A stretch of 62,562 nucleotides of DNA, the filler included, from Sandaracinaceae bacterium (lineage in GTDB: Bacteria > Myxococcota_A > Polyangia > Polyangiales > JADJQN01), in assembly GCA_947483975.1 (NCBI GenBank). It is 10 parts of 10 records of this genome, joined end to end, with 100 filler letters (N's around TTAATTAATTAA, not from the genome) between each part and the next. Parts side by side here need not be neighbours in the genome. Positions count along the whole stretch, not along the records: positions 25,253 to 31,418 come from CANKOL010000309.1; positions 31,519 to 37,665 come from CANKOL010000310.1; positions 37,766 to 43,910 come from CANKOL010000311.1; 7 more parts are not named here. One strand, written 5' to 3'. Both the position numbers and the translations under genes were made by a program. The notes beneath the pieces are model-generated. The model worked only from the letters and a program-made list of their open reading frames with translations. It was not told where the DNA came from and did no database searches. This document shows, one piece after another, positions 29,681 to 39,862 of the stretch (position 1 is the first letter of the stretch; every line of letters starts with the position of its first letter).

Positions 29681-30424
29681 ATGACGAAGCGCGGGATGGC
29701 GGCGACGCTGGTGGGCTGGTCGGTCGCTGCGGCGCTCGTCGGGATGGCCACAGTCGGCTGTGGCGATGATGACGCGACGCCTGCCGTCGACGCGGGACCG
29801 CGCGTCGACCTCGGCCCCGCCATCGACCTCGGCCCCGCCGACGCGGGCACCGACGACCTCGGCGCCCCCGACGACGCTGGGCCCGCCGACCTCGGCGCCG
29901 ACGATCTCGGCCCCGCGGACCTCGGCGCGCCTGACCTCGGCGGGCCGGATATGGGCGGCTTCTGCTCGCCGACGCTCGTGCGCCCGAGCGGCGATGTGCG
30001 CTGGCCGCAGTACCCGATGCCCGGCTCGGCGGGTCACCCGCGCGGCTATCACGTCAACACCGTCGCGGCGGGCGAGGAGACGGTCACCGACTGCGTCACC
30101 GGCCTCGAGTGGCAGCGCGCCGTCGACCCGAGCTCGTTCTCGCAGGCGGAGGCCATCGCGCACTGCGACGGGCTGACGTACGCGGGCTTCTCCGACTGGC
30201 GCCTGGCGACGCGCGTCGAGCTGGTGACGCTGCTCGACTACGCGGTCGCGACGCCCGGCCCGACCATCGACACGGTCGCGTTCCCGGGCACGCCGGCCGA
30301 GGTGTTCTGGAGCGGGTCCGCCATCGCCGGGACGCCGTCGATGGGCTGGTTCGTGCGCTTCGACTCCGGCGCCGTGGACTACACCGGCGTCATCTACGGC
30401 GGTCGCGCGCGCTGCGTTCGCTGA
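29681..30424 (+). CDS. DUF1566 (Lcl C-terminal) lipoprotein
   Basis: Lipobox VGC, DLG/DAG linker, VTDCVTGLEWQ, DWRLATRVELVTL, FWS, RARCVR. Confidence 0.9.
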   Translation: MTKRGMAATLVGWSVAAALVGMATVGCGDDDATPAVDAGPRVDLGPAIDLGPADAGTDDLGAPDDAGPADLGADDLGPADLGAPDLGGPDMGGFCSPTLVRPSGDVRWPQYPMPGSAGHPRGYHVNTVAAGEETVTDCVTGLEWQRAVDPSSFSQAEAIAHCDGLTYAGFSDWRLATRVELVTLLDYAVATPGPTIDTVAFPGTPAEVFWSGSAIAGTPSMGWFVRFDSGAVDYTGVIYGGRARCVR

Positions 30425-30428
30425 CAAC

Positions 30429-30463
30429 GTCGGTCGGTTGGTCGGACGGTCGGTCGGATGGTC
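30429..30463. repeat. 4-nt-period GGxx low-complexity repeat
   Basis: gtcggtcggttggtcggacggtcggtcggatggtc between the DUF1566 genes. Confidence 0.7.
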
Positions 30464-30484
30464 GCGCTGCACGGAGACTGAAGC

Positions 30485-30952
30485 ATGAACAAGCGAAAGA
30501 CCGCGATGGCGCTCGTCGTGGTGGGCTGCGTGGTGGGCTGCGCCGCCCTCGGGATGCTGACGGTGCGCGCGCACGCCGCGGCGCCGCCCGGGCACTTCAC
30601 CGACCTCGGCGACGGCACCGTGCGCGACAACCTGACCGGGCTCGTATGGGAGAAGGCGCTCCCGCCCTCACCGATGAGCCAGGGCGCGGCCACCACGTAC
30701 TGCGCGGGGCTCGCGTTGCCGGGCGGCGGCTGGCGCCTGCCGACCGCCACCGACCTGCAGACGCTCGTCGACGAGAGCGTCTCGGCGCCCTCGATCGACA
30801 CGGCGTACTTCCCGAGCACGCCAGCAGAGAACTTCTGGACCGCGTCCCCCGTCGTCGGGACCCCGGCGGCCGTTTGGTACGTCGACTTCAACGTCGGTGG
30901 CGCCTACGTCGGCCTTGGGTCCGGCGCGCTCCGCGCCCGCTGCGTGCGCTGA
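30485..30952 (+). CDS. secreted DUF1566 protein
   Basis: Signal peptide; DGTVRDNLTGLVWE, WRLPT, FWT, WYVDF, RARCVR. Confidence 0.92.
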   Translation: MNKRKTAMALVVVGCVVGCAALGMLTVRAHAAAPPGHFTDLGDGTVRDNLTGLVWEKALPPSPMSQGAATTYCAGLALPGGGWRLPTATDLQTLVDESVSAPSIDTAYFPSTPAENFWTASPVVGTPAAVWYVDFNVGGAYVGLGSGALRARCVR

Positions 30953-30962
30953 CGGGCGCACC

Positions 30963-31220
30963 CGAGCGGGTCCGGACGCCTCTCGAGCCTCGGATGGCCG
31001 CGCTGGAGCGGGTCGGACGGAACTCGTCGCGTCGGGCGCGTGCTCGGGAGCGGGTTGGACGGAACTCGTCGCGTCGGGCGCGTGCTCGGGAGCGGGTCGG
31101 ACGGAACTCGACGCGTCGGATGGCTGCCCTGGAGCGGGTCGGACGGAAGTAGTTCCGTCGGGGGCGTGCTCCGGAGCGGGCTGGACGGAAGTAGTTCCCT
31201 TGCGGGCGTGCTCTGGAGCC
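30963..31220. repeat. 42-bp tandem array (6 units plus partial)
   Basis: Units at 30963, 31005, 31047, 31089, 31131, 31173 and partial 31215; consensus ggagcgggtcggacggaactcgtcgcgtcgggcgcgtgctcg. Confidence 0.92.
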
Positions 31221-31265
31221 GACCTGTCTCTCTCTCTGGGACAGTTCCCCGCTCGGTGGTGCTGC

Positions 31266-31418
31266 TCAGCGAGCGCCGGGGCGGGCGATGACGTAGCGCG
31301 GGCGGGCGGAGGCGAGGGCGTCGAGGACGCGGGGGAGGGCGGCGCCGTCGCCCGGCGTGAGCACCGGCGGGCGACCTTCGACGCGGGCGGCGGAGAGCGC
31401 GGCGGCGACGACGGCGGG
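31266..31418 (-). CDS. 3' end of a gene (5' truncated)
   Basis: ...PAVVAAALSAARVEGRPPVLTPGDGAALPRVLDALASARPRYVIARPGAR* with GC3-rich codons. Confidence 0.6.
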   Translation of the reverse strand, partial: PAVVAAALSAARVEGRPPVLTPGDGAALPRVLDALASARPRYVIARPGAR

Positions 31419-31518
31419 NNNNNNNNNNNNNNNNNNNNNNNNNNNNNNNNNNNNNNNNNNNNTTAATTAATTAANNNNNNNNNNNNNNNNNNNNNNNNNN
31501 NNNNNNNNNNNNNNNNNN
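31419..31518. other. artificial contig linker
   Basis: N-run plus TTAATTAATTAA. Confidence 0.98.
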
Positions 31519-31887
31519 CACCTCGGGCGTGCGCTCGCGGAGGCACCCTCCGCCCGACCCGCCGAGCGCGCCCGCGGCCTCGAGCTGCTCGCGCAGTCCC
31601 CCGCCGCGCATCGTCAGCTCACGGCGCCCCGCTTCCTCGCGATGGCGCACGCGAACGTGCTCTACGAGGCCCGCGCCCGCGTCGCGCACGGGCTGTGGGA
31701 GGCGGACATGGAAGCCCGGACGCTCCGGGCGCTCGGCTGTCTGCCGCGCTACGGCCGAATGCCGACGCTCCTCGATCCCCTCGCGGTGCGCGTCGAGCGG
31801 GCGATTCCCGACGCACGCAAACACCCGCAGAGGCTGATCCGCGCGCTCGAACTCCTGCTCGTGCGCGCCTCGCGCCTCGGCGTCTGA
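31519..31887 (+). CDS. 3' end of hypothetical gene (5' truncated)
   Basis: Frame open from the contig start through ORF 31642-31887. Confidence 0.6.
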   Translation, partial: HLGRALAEAPSARPAERARGLELLAQSPAAHRQLTAPRFLAMAHANVLYEARARVAHGLWEADMEARTLRALGCLPRYGRMPTLLDPLAVRVERAIPDARKHPQRLIRALELLLVRASRLGV

Positions 31888-31954
31888 GCGAGCCGCGAGG
31901 CCGCGCGCAAACATCGATTGCCGCTAGGTGGGGTGGGGACCATGCTGACTCGCG

Positions 31955-32923
31955 ATGAGCGAACAGTCGTCTGGGCGCGCCGGGGCGGGAGCGGGGACCT
32001 TCGACTTCGGGCGCTACGTGAGCGCGCGCCGAGAGGGTGTATTCGGCGGAGACGCCGAGACGACGCGCTACGCGTACTCCGCAGATGTCGCAATGCTGCG
32101 CACGTTCAAGCGCATCAGGCCCGTGGAGCTCGCCGCAGCGGCGGTCGTCCGCACGAGCAAGGAGCTCACGCGCAATCAGCTGCTCGGGCGCACCGTGCGC
32201 GTGTCTGCGCAGCAATTCCCGCGCGTCCATCAGCTCGCCGTGGAGTGTGCAGAGACGCTCGGAGTCGCCGTGCCGACCGTCTACGTCGCCAACAGCCCGG
32301 TGATCAACGCCTATACGTCCGGCACGGACGACGACGGCTTCATCGTGATTCACTCGGCGCTGATCGAGGCCTTCGACCCCGCAGAGCTCAAGTTCGTGCT
32401 CGGGCACGAGACTGGCCACATCCAGAACAAGCACGTCGTCTATGGCACCGTGCTGCGGCTGCTCCTCGAGGGCGCGAGCCTCTTCCTCACGTGGTTCGCC
32501 GCGCCCGCGCAGGTGCCGTTGATGGCGTGGTATCGGCGCGCAGAGGTCACCTGCGATCGCGCCGGACTCCTGTGCACGCGCGACCTCGACGCGGCGTGTC
32601 GCGCGTTCCTCAAGATGGCCGTCGGCTCCCGCAAGCTCTTCGAGGAGATCGACGTCGACGCCTTCGTCGCCCAGGCGAAGGAGGGGCGCGTCGGGGTCGG
32701 TCGGCTGATGGAGGCGTTCGACTCGCACCCTTATCTGCCGAAGCGCATCGAGGCGCTGCGCGTCTTCGCGGAGAGCGCGCTCTACCGCACCGCGACGGGC
32801 GCGGGGACCGACGGACTCTCGATGGAAGAGGTCGATCGGCGCACGAGCGAGATCGTGCAGATCATGAGAGCCGGCGTCGGCAACGAAGGTGGACCTGGCC
32901 CCGGAGGAATTCGTGAGCTCTGA
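31955..32923 (+). CDS. M48-family Zn metalloprotease
   Basis: INAYT, ELKFVLGHETGH (HExxH), RRAEVTCDRAG, SHPYLPKRI. Confidence 0.9.
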   Translation: MSEQSSGRAGAGAGTFDFGRYVSARREGVFGGDAETTRYAYSADVAMLRTFKRIRPVELAAAAVVRTSKELTRNQLLGRTVRVSAQQFPRVHQLAVECAETLGVAVPTVYVANSPVINAYTSGTDDDGFIVIHSALIEAFDPAELKFVLGHETGHIQNKHVVYGTVLRLLLEGASLFLTWFAAPAQVPLMAWYRRAEVTCDRAGLLCTRDLDAACRAFLKMAVGSRKLFEEIDVDAFVAQAKEGRVGVGRLMEAFDSHPYLPKRIEALRVFAESALYRTATGAGTDGLSMEEVDRRTSEIVQIMRAGVGNEGGPGPGGIREL

Positions 32924-34727
32924 CTCGCCGAGCGCGTCGCCGACCGACACTGCCACTCTCGCTGCTCCCGCCTACGCCAATACCCACTTTCCGCGCGAGA
33001 AAGCCGCTGTGCTGGCGGCGCTCCGCGAGGTCGCGCAGCTCGCCGAGGACGCTGGCGCGGGGTCGCTCTCGCGGCGCCTCTCGCGCGAGCGAATCCCGCA
33101 CCTCGAGGAGGAGCGCTTTCACCTCGTGGTGCTCGGGGAGTTCAACCACGGCAAGACGACGTTCGTGAACGCGCTGCTCGGGGCGCCCGTGTTGCCCGCC
33201 GGGGTCACGCCGACGACCGCCGTCATCCATCACCTCGTGCACGGGAGTACGCCGAGCGCCGCCGCCGTCAGCCACGACGGCACGCGCCTCGCGCTCACCG
33301 TCAGCGAGCTCGGCGATTACGTCGTCGGCGGCAAGGCTGCGCGCGACGACGTGCGCTACGTCGAGGTGCGGCACCCTGCGCCGCTCCTCGCGGGCGGCGT
33401 GGTGCTCGTCGACACGCCCGGCGTGAACGACCTCAACCTCTCTCGCGCAGAGATCACGTACAGCTACATCCCGCGCGCGGACGCGGTGCTCTTTCTCCTC
33501 GATGCGGGGCAGATCCTCAAGGAGAGCGAGCGCGCGTTCCTCGAGCAAAAGCTGCTCGCCGCCTCGCGCGACAAGGTGCTCTTCGTGGTCAACAAGATTG
33601 ACCTGTTGAGTCCGGCAGAGCGCGAGGAGGCGCTCGCCTACGCGACGACGAACCTCGCGCGCCTCGTGCCCTCTCCGCGCGTGTACGCAGTGTCGGCGCA
33701 GCGCGCGCTCGCGGGGGATCGCGTCGGCGGTGGGCTCGAGCCGTTCCTCGCGGATCTGACCAAGTTCCTCGCCGACGAGCGCGGCCGCATCCTGCTCGAC
33801 AATGCCCTCGAAGAGGGGCTGCGCGCCGGCGAGACGCTGCGGCGCAGCTTCGACGTGCAGCGCCGCGCCCTCGCGCTCGACGCGACCGACCTCGACCGTC
33901 GGCTGCGCAGCCTCGAGTCCGACCTCGAGGGCGCGGGCGGGGCCGCGTCGGAGCGTGAGCGCCGCGTGCGCGAGCGACTCGCGGCCGTGAAGGCGCTCGT
34001 GCGCCGCGACACGATCGAGTTCGGCGACCGCTTTGCGCGCGCGCTGCCCGCCGAGATCGAGGCGGGCAAGGCCGAGGACCTCAAGAAGTATCTGCCCGGC
34101 TTCATCGAGGAGCGCTTTCGCAGCTTCGCCGAGCAGCAGGCCGAGGACATCGCGAGCCGCCTCGAGGAGGTCGCAGAGGAGGCCATCGCCTTCCTCGAGC
34201 AGGACGCGCGCGCGAGCGCCGCGCGGCTCACGGAGACGCTCGGCCCGGCGTCGCCGGAGCTGAACCTCGACGTCAACACCTTCGCGTACGACGTCGGCGT
34301 GTTCGCGCTCGGCGCGTTCGGCATCGGCGTGATGGCGCTCTCCAACGTGCTCGTCGGCGGCGCGCTGACGCTCGCGGCGCCCGTGCTCGCGTATGTCTTC
34401 CGCGACCGCGCGGACAAGGAGGTGCGGCGTCGCGCGAGCGAGGCGGCGCCCGCGGCGGTCCGCGAAGCCGCGGCGAAGATGGCGGACCTGCTCGACGCGC
34501 GCATCGACGAGTTCGGGGACCGACTCGCGCACTTCGTCACGACGGCGAGCGACGAGCTCACGCGCAGCGTCGCCGAGGTGCTGCGCGCGGCGAGCGTGGC
34601 GAAGCGCGAGGGCGACGCAGCGCGCGAGGACCTCGAGCGCCGCACGGCGATGTCGAGCGCGCAGCTCGCGGCGTGCATCGGCCGCATGGACGCGCAGCGC
34701 AAGGGGCTCTGGGCGCCCGCAGAGTGA
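32913..34727 (+). CDS. bacterial dynamin-like GTPase
   Basis: G1 GEFNHGKTT, G2 PTT, G3 DTPG, G4 NKID; helical stalk with hydrophobic paddle; GGAGG before GTG 32913. Confidence 0.9.
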   Translation: MSSDSPSASPTDTATLAAPAYANTHFPREKAAVLAALREVAQLAEDAGAGSLSRRLSRERIPHLEEERFHLVVLGEFNHGKTTFVNALLGAPVLPAGVTPTTAVIHHLVHGSTPSAAAVSHDGTRLALTVSELGDYVVGGKAARDDVRYVEVRHPAPLLAGGVVLVDTPGVNDLNLSRAEITYSYIPRADAVLFLLDAGQILKESERAFLEQKLLAASRDKVLFVVNKIDLLSPAEREEALAYATTNLARLVPSPRVYAVSAQRALAGDRVGGGLEPFLADLTKFLADERGRILLDNALEEGLRAGETLRRSFDVQRRALALDATDLDRRLRSLESDLEGAGGAASERERRVRERLAAVKALVRRDTIEFGDRFARALPAEIEAGKAEDLKKYLPGFIEERFRSFAEQQAEDIASRLEEVAEEAIAFLEQDARASAARLTETLGPASPELNLDVNTFAYDVGVFALGAFGIGVMALSNVLVGGALTLAAPVLAYVFRDRADKEVRRRASEAAPAAVREAAAKMADLLDARIDEFGDRLAHFVTTASDELTRSVAEVLRAASVAKREGDAAREDLERRTAMSSAQLAACIGRMDAQRKGLWAPAE

Positions 34728-34734
34728 GCCGCGC

Positions 34735-36023
34735 CTAGACCGTCTCTCCGCGCATCAGGTCCTCGATCGACTCCCGCGCTCGCACGACGCGGAACTCCCC
34801 CTCATCGACCATCACCTCGGCGGCTCGAGGGCGCGCGTTGTATTGGCTCGCCATGCTCATGCCGTAGGCGCCTGCGCCCCGAATCGCGAGCAAATCACCC
34901 GCGGCGAGCGGCGGCAGCGCGCGACCCTCGGCGAGAAAATCCGCCGTCTCGCAGACTGGGCCGACGACGTCGACGACCTCGAGTTCGGAGTCGGGCGCGA
35001 CCGCGCTCACCGGCATGATCGCGTGATGCGCGCCATAGAGCGCGGGGCGGATCAGCTCGGTCATCGCGGCGTCCACGATGACGAAGCGCTTGGTGGACTG
35101 CGGCTTGGCGTACCTGACGCGCGTCAGCAGCACCCCGGCGTCGCCGACGAGCGCGCGACCGTTCTCGACGATCACCTCGAGCCCGAGCTTCGCCGCGCCG
35201 CCGCGCTCGATCCCTTGCCGAATCGCCTCGCCGAAGGCGCTCCAGTCGTCGTACTCGCTGTCTTCGTCGCCATACGCGATCGGCCAGCCGCCGCCGGCGT
35301 CGAGCGTCTTCAGGGGCGCGCCCGCGTCCACGCACTCGCACGCGAAGCGCGCGATCAGCTCGACCGCCTCTGCGAGCGGCGCGGCCGAGTGCAGCTGCGA
35401 GCCGATATGACAGGCGACGCCCTCGAGCAGCAGGTGCGGGCTGCGCACGATGCGCGGGAGCAGCGCGCGCGCGACGTCGAGCTCGAGCCCGAACTTCGTG
35501 TCGTGGAGGCCCGTCGCGATGTAGGGGTGTGTCTCGGGGTCGACGTCGGGATTGACGCGCAGCGCGATGGGCGCGCGCACGCCGCGGCGCGCGGCGATGG
35601 ACTCGAGCAGGTCGAGCTCAGGGACGCTCTCGACGTGAATGGCGCGAATGCCCGCGTCGAGCGCCGCCTCGAGCTCCGCCTCGCTCTTGCCGACGCCGCT
35701 GTAGACGATGCGCGAGGCAGGAATCCCGGCGCGCAGCGCCCGCGCGAGCTCGCCGCCCGAGACGATGTCGCAGCCCGCGCCGAGCCGCGCGAGCCGTGCG
35801 AGGATGGCCAAGCTGCCGTTCGCCTTGGCGGCATAGGCGAGCAGATGCGGTGTGCCGGCGAGCGCGCGCTCGATGCGGTGGTAGGCCGCGTCGATGGCCG
35901 CGCCGCTGTAGACGTACGCGGGAGTTCCGACGGACTCTGCGATCGCGGAGAGCGGCACTCCGTCGACGGTGAGCGCGCCTGTCGCGTCACGGACGAAGTG
36001 CGCGGACGGGGGGATCGTCGCGC

Positions 36024-36027
<4 letters not shown>
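34735..36027 (-). CDS. lysA: diaminopimelate decarboxylase
   Basis: [43 protein letters not shown]. Confidence 0.95.
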
Positions 36028-37472
<1,445 letters not shown>

Positions 37473-37551
37473 TGTCGTCTCTCCTGATTTCGCAGCTCTT
37501 CCCGAGAGAGCCGTCTTGGTCGGTGCGCTCGAGCGTCGCGGTCGTCGGCGC

Positions 37552-37665
37552 TCAGGCCCGCTCGGGCAGGCGCAGCGCGACGCGGCGTAGGAGGCGCGCG
37601 CCGGCGGGCAGCGCCCACGCGTCGAGCATGATGGCGGCGACCGCGACGACGCCCGGCGCGAGGTA
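37552..37665 (-). CDS. 3' end of membrane protein gene (5' truncated)
   Basis: ...YLAPGVVAVAAIMLDAWALPAGARLLRRVALRLPERA*. Confidence 0.5.
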   Translation of the reverse strand, partial: YLAPGVVAVAAIMLDAWALPAGARLLRRVALRLPERA

Positions 37666-37765
37666 NNNNNNNNNNNNNNNNNNNNNNNNNNNNNNNNNNN
37701 NNNNNNNNNTTAATTAATTAANNNNNNNNNNNNNNNNNNNNNNNNNNNNNNNNNNNNNNNNNNNN
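37666..37765. other. artificial contig linker
   Basis: N-run plus TTAATTAATTAA. Confidence 0.98.
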
Positions 37766-38687
37766 CGTGCTCGCCAGCGGTCCAGGGCGCGCGACCGACG
37801 TTGCGGTAGGTCGCCGTCAGCTGCGCGTGGGCGCCCGCGTCCACGGCGCTCGGCGGCGACACGGACTCGAGCCGCGCGGCGTACCAGCGCGCGCCGCGGT
37901 CGATGCGGATCCCGAGGTGATTGCCGACGCCGCGCCCGCGCCCGTCGGAGGGGTGATTCTGCACGCCGCCCTCGCCCGCCACGAAGAGCTCCGTCGAGCC
38001 GCCACCGTCGAGGTTGAACGCGTCCCACGCGCCGACCTCGAGCATCAGCGCCGCGAGCTCGTCCCCGTCGAGGCCGATCGCGTCGTGCTTGCGCCCGTCC
38101 GCGATGATGAGGACGAGCGTCTTGCGGTCCCGCGAGAGCCCCACCGCGGTGCGCGGATGCCGCGAGGCGATGTGCTGCGGCGAGAGCCAGCCAGTCAGCG
38201 CCACGCCATCGCGCACGAGCCACGGCTTGCCGCTGACGATGTTGCTCATCCAGGGCTGCGGCGTCGAGCGCAGCGTCTGCGCCGAGTCGAACGCGAGCGC
38301 CTGGTTCAGGTCCCCCACCCCGAGGCTCGCGCTGCACTCCTCTTCGTAGGCGTCGGTCCAGGCGTGACCGTCGGCGGCCGTGAGCCCACACGGGCGATAC
38401 GCGCCGTCGAAGTAGTTCGCGTTGAGCGCGATCTCGGCGTCGTACTGCCGCGCGAAGTCCGCCACAGGCAGCCCACGGTCGCTGGGACGCGTGGTCACGA
38501 GCGAGACCTCGGGTGCCGTGAGGTCCACGAGCAAGACGTGTAGGTCCACGCGGGCCCGCGTGCGGTGCAGGTGCCGCACCCCCGGATACGGATCCGTCCA
38601 GACGTCGGCGGCGCGCGCGGGCATCGGCAGCGCAGTGGCGAGCGCCAGGGCGAACAGGAGGACCACGGGGGGTGATGTAGGCTCCAT
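37766..38687 (-). CDS. phosphodiester glycosidase (NAGPA-like) protein with Ig-like C-terminus (3' truncated)
   Basis: Signal peptide; ALNANYF, HPRTAVG, ADGR, NLDGGGST; YRNVGRAPW Ig-like strand. Confidence 0.88.
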
Positions 38688-38829
38688 GCACACCTACACT
38701 GACTGCACTCACATCCGGGACCAAAAAAACTGCAAGGAGCCCCACCGAGGGTGAGCGTTGACACTCGAAAGCCAGCGATGGTATTCGCGGCATGCGCGCT
38801 GGACGATTCGCGCGCTGACGGAGGGGTCT

Positions 38830-39759
38830 ATGACGAGCCATCGTTCGACGGTCGTTCTCTCGCTCGCGGCCTGCGCGCTGCTCTCGGTCGGCTGCGGAAG
38901 CAGCCGTCAGTCGGTGTGGGAGGACGACACCACCACCGCCCCGACGACCGCCGCGCAAAATGCGACGCCCGGCGCGGCCGATCAGCGCACCACCCTGCTC
39001 ACCGAGGCCACCGCGGCGTGGGCTGAGCGCAGCGACGAGGCCAAGCTGCGCCTCGCCATCGAGAAGTGGGAGGCGGCGGTCGCCCTCGACGGCACTCACG
39101 CCGACGACTGGGCGGCGCTCTCGCACGGCTACTACTTCCTCGCGGACGGGCACCTCTCGTTCGACGAAGCCAAGCAAGAAGAGATGATGGCGACCTTCGA
39201 GAAGGGCACGCGCGCGGCCGAGAAGGGCCTGCTCGCGGTCTCGCCGGCGTTCGCCGCGCGTATGCACGAAGGCGCGCGCATCGAGGAGGTCGTGAGCCTC
39301 TTCGAGCGCGACGCGGTGCCGTGCCTCTACTGGCGCTCGGCGAACCTCGGCAAGTGGGCCTCGGCCCAGGGCTTCGCGACGCTCGTGTCCTACAAGGACG
39401 AGATCCGCGCGGTCATGACCCGCGCGCTCGCGCTCGACGCGAACTACTTCTACGGCGCGCCGCACCGCTACTTCGGCGCGTTCTTCGCGCGGGCGCCGGC
39501 GTACTCGGGCGGCGACCTCAACATGTCGAAGGAGCACTTCGAGGCGTCCATCGCGCAGGAGCCGCGCTACTTCGCGACGCACGTGCTCTACGCTGGCGAC
39601 TACGCGGTGAAATCGCAGAATCGCGCGCTCTTCACGGAGCAGCTGAACCTCGTGATCAACGGCGATCCGCAGGCGCTTCCTGAGGCGGGCCCCGAGAACC
39701 TCGCCGAGCAGCGCAAGGCCCGCGAGCTGCTCGCGCGCGCCGACGAGCTCTTCGAGTGA
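38830..39759 (+). CDS. TRAP-associated TPR lipoprotein (TatT-like T-component)
   Basis: Lipobox SVGC; helical TPR-like protein with RALALDANYFYGAPH, GGDLNMSKEHFE, PENLAEQRKA; directly upstream of dctP. Confidence 0.8.
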   Translation: MTSHRSTVVLSLAACALLSVGCGSSRQSVWEDDTTTAPTTAAQNATPGAADQRTTLLTEATAAWAERSDEAKLRLAIEKWEAAVALDGTHADDWAALSHGYYFLADGHLSFDEAKQEEMMATFEKGTRAAEKGLLAVSPAFAARMHEGARIEEVVSLFERDAVPCLYWRSANLGKWASAQGFATLVSYKDEIRAVMTRALALDANYFYGAPHRYFGAFFARAPAYSGGDLNMSKEHFEASIAQEPRYFATHVLYAGDYAVKSQNRALFTEQLNLVINGDPQALPEAGPENLAEQRKARELLARADELFE

Positions 39760-39779
39760 GCCAACGCGGCTGAAGAATC

Positions 39780-39810
39780 CCTGCGAGGCGCTCGTCCGAG
39801 GCCTCGCAGG
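39780..39810. other. strong intercistronic stem-loop
   Basis: CCTGCGAGGC-g-CTCG-tc-CGAG-GCCTCGCAGG between the tatT-like gene and dctP; no U-tract. Confidence 0.6.
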
Positions 39811-39862
39811 CGCCGTGTCGCGCGGAGTTCGAATTCAGAATCGCTCACCTCGGAGGCCGTCG

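Noticed and set aside
30963..31220. CRISPR array interpretation of the 42-bp arrays (also 53089-53322)
   Set aside because: No unique spacers: the variable halves are homologous between units. The period is too short for repeat plus spacer, and no cas genes are present.
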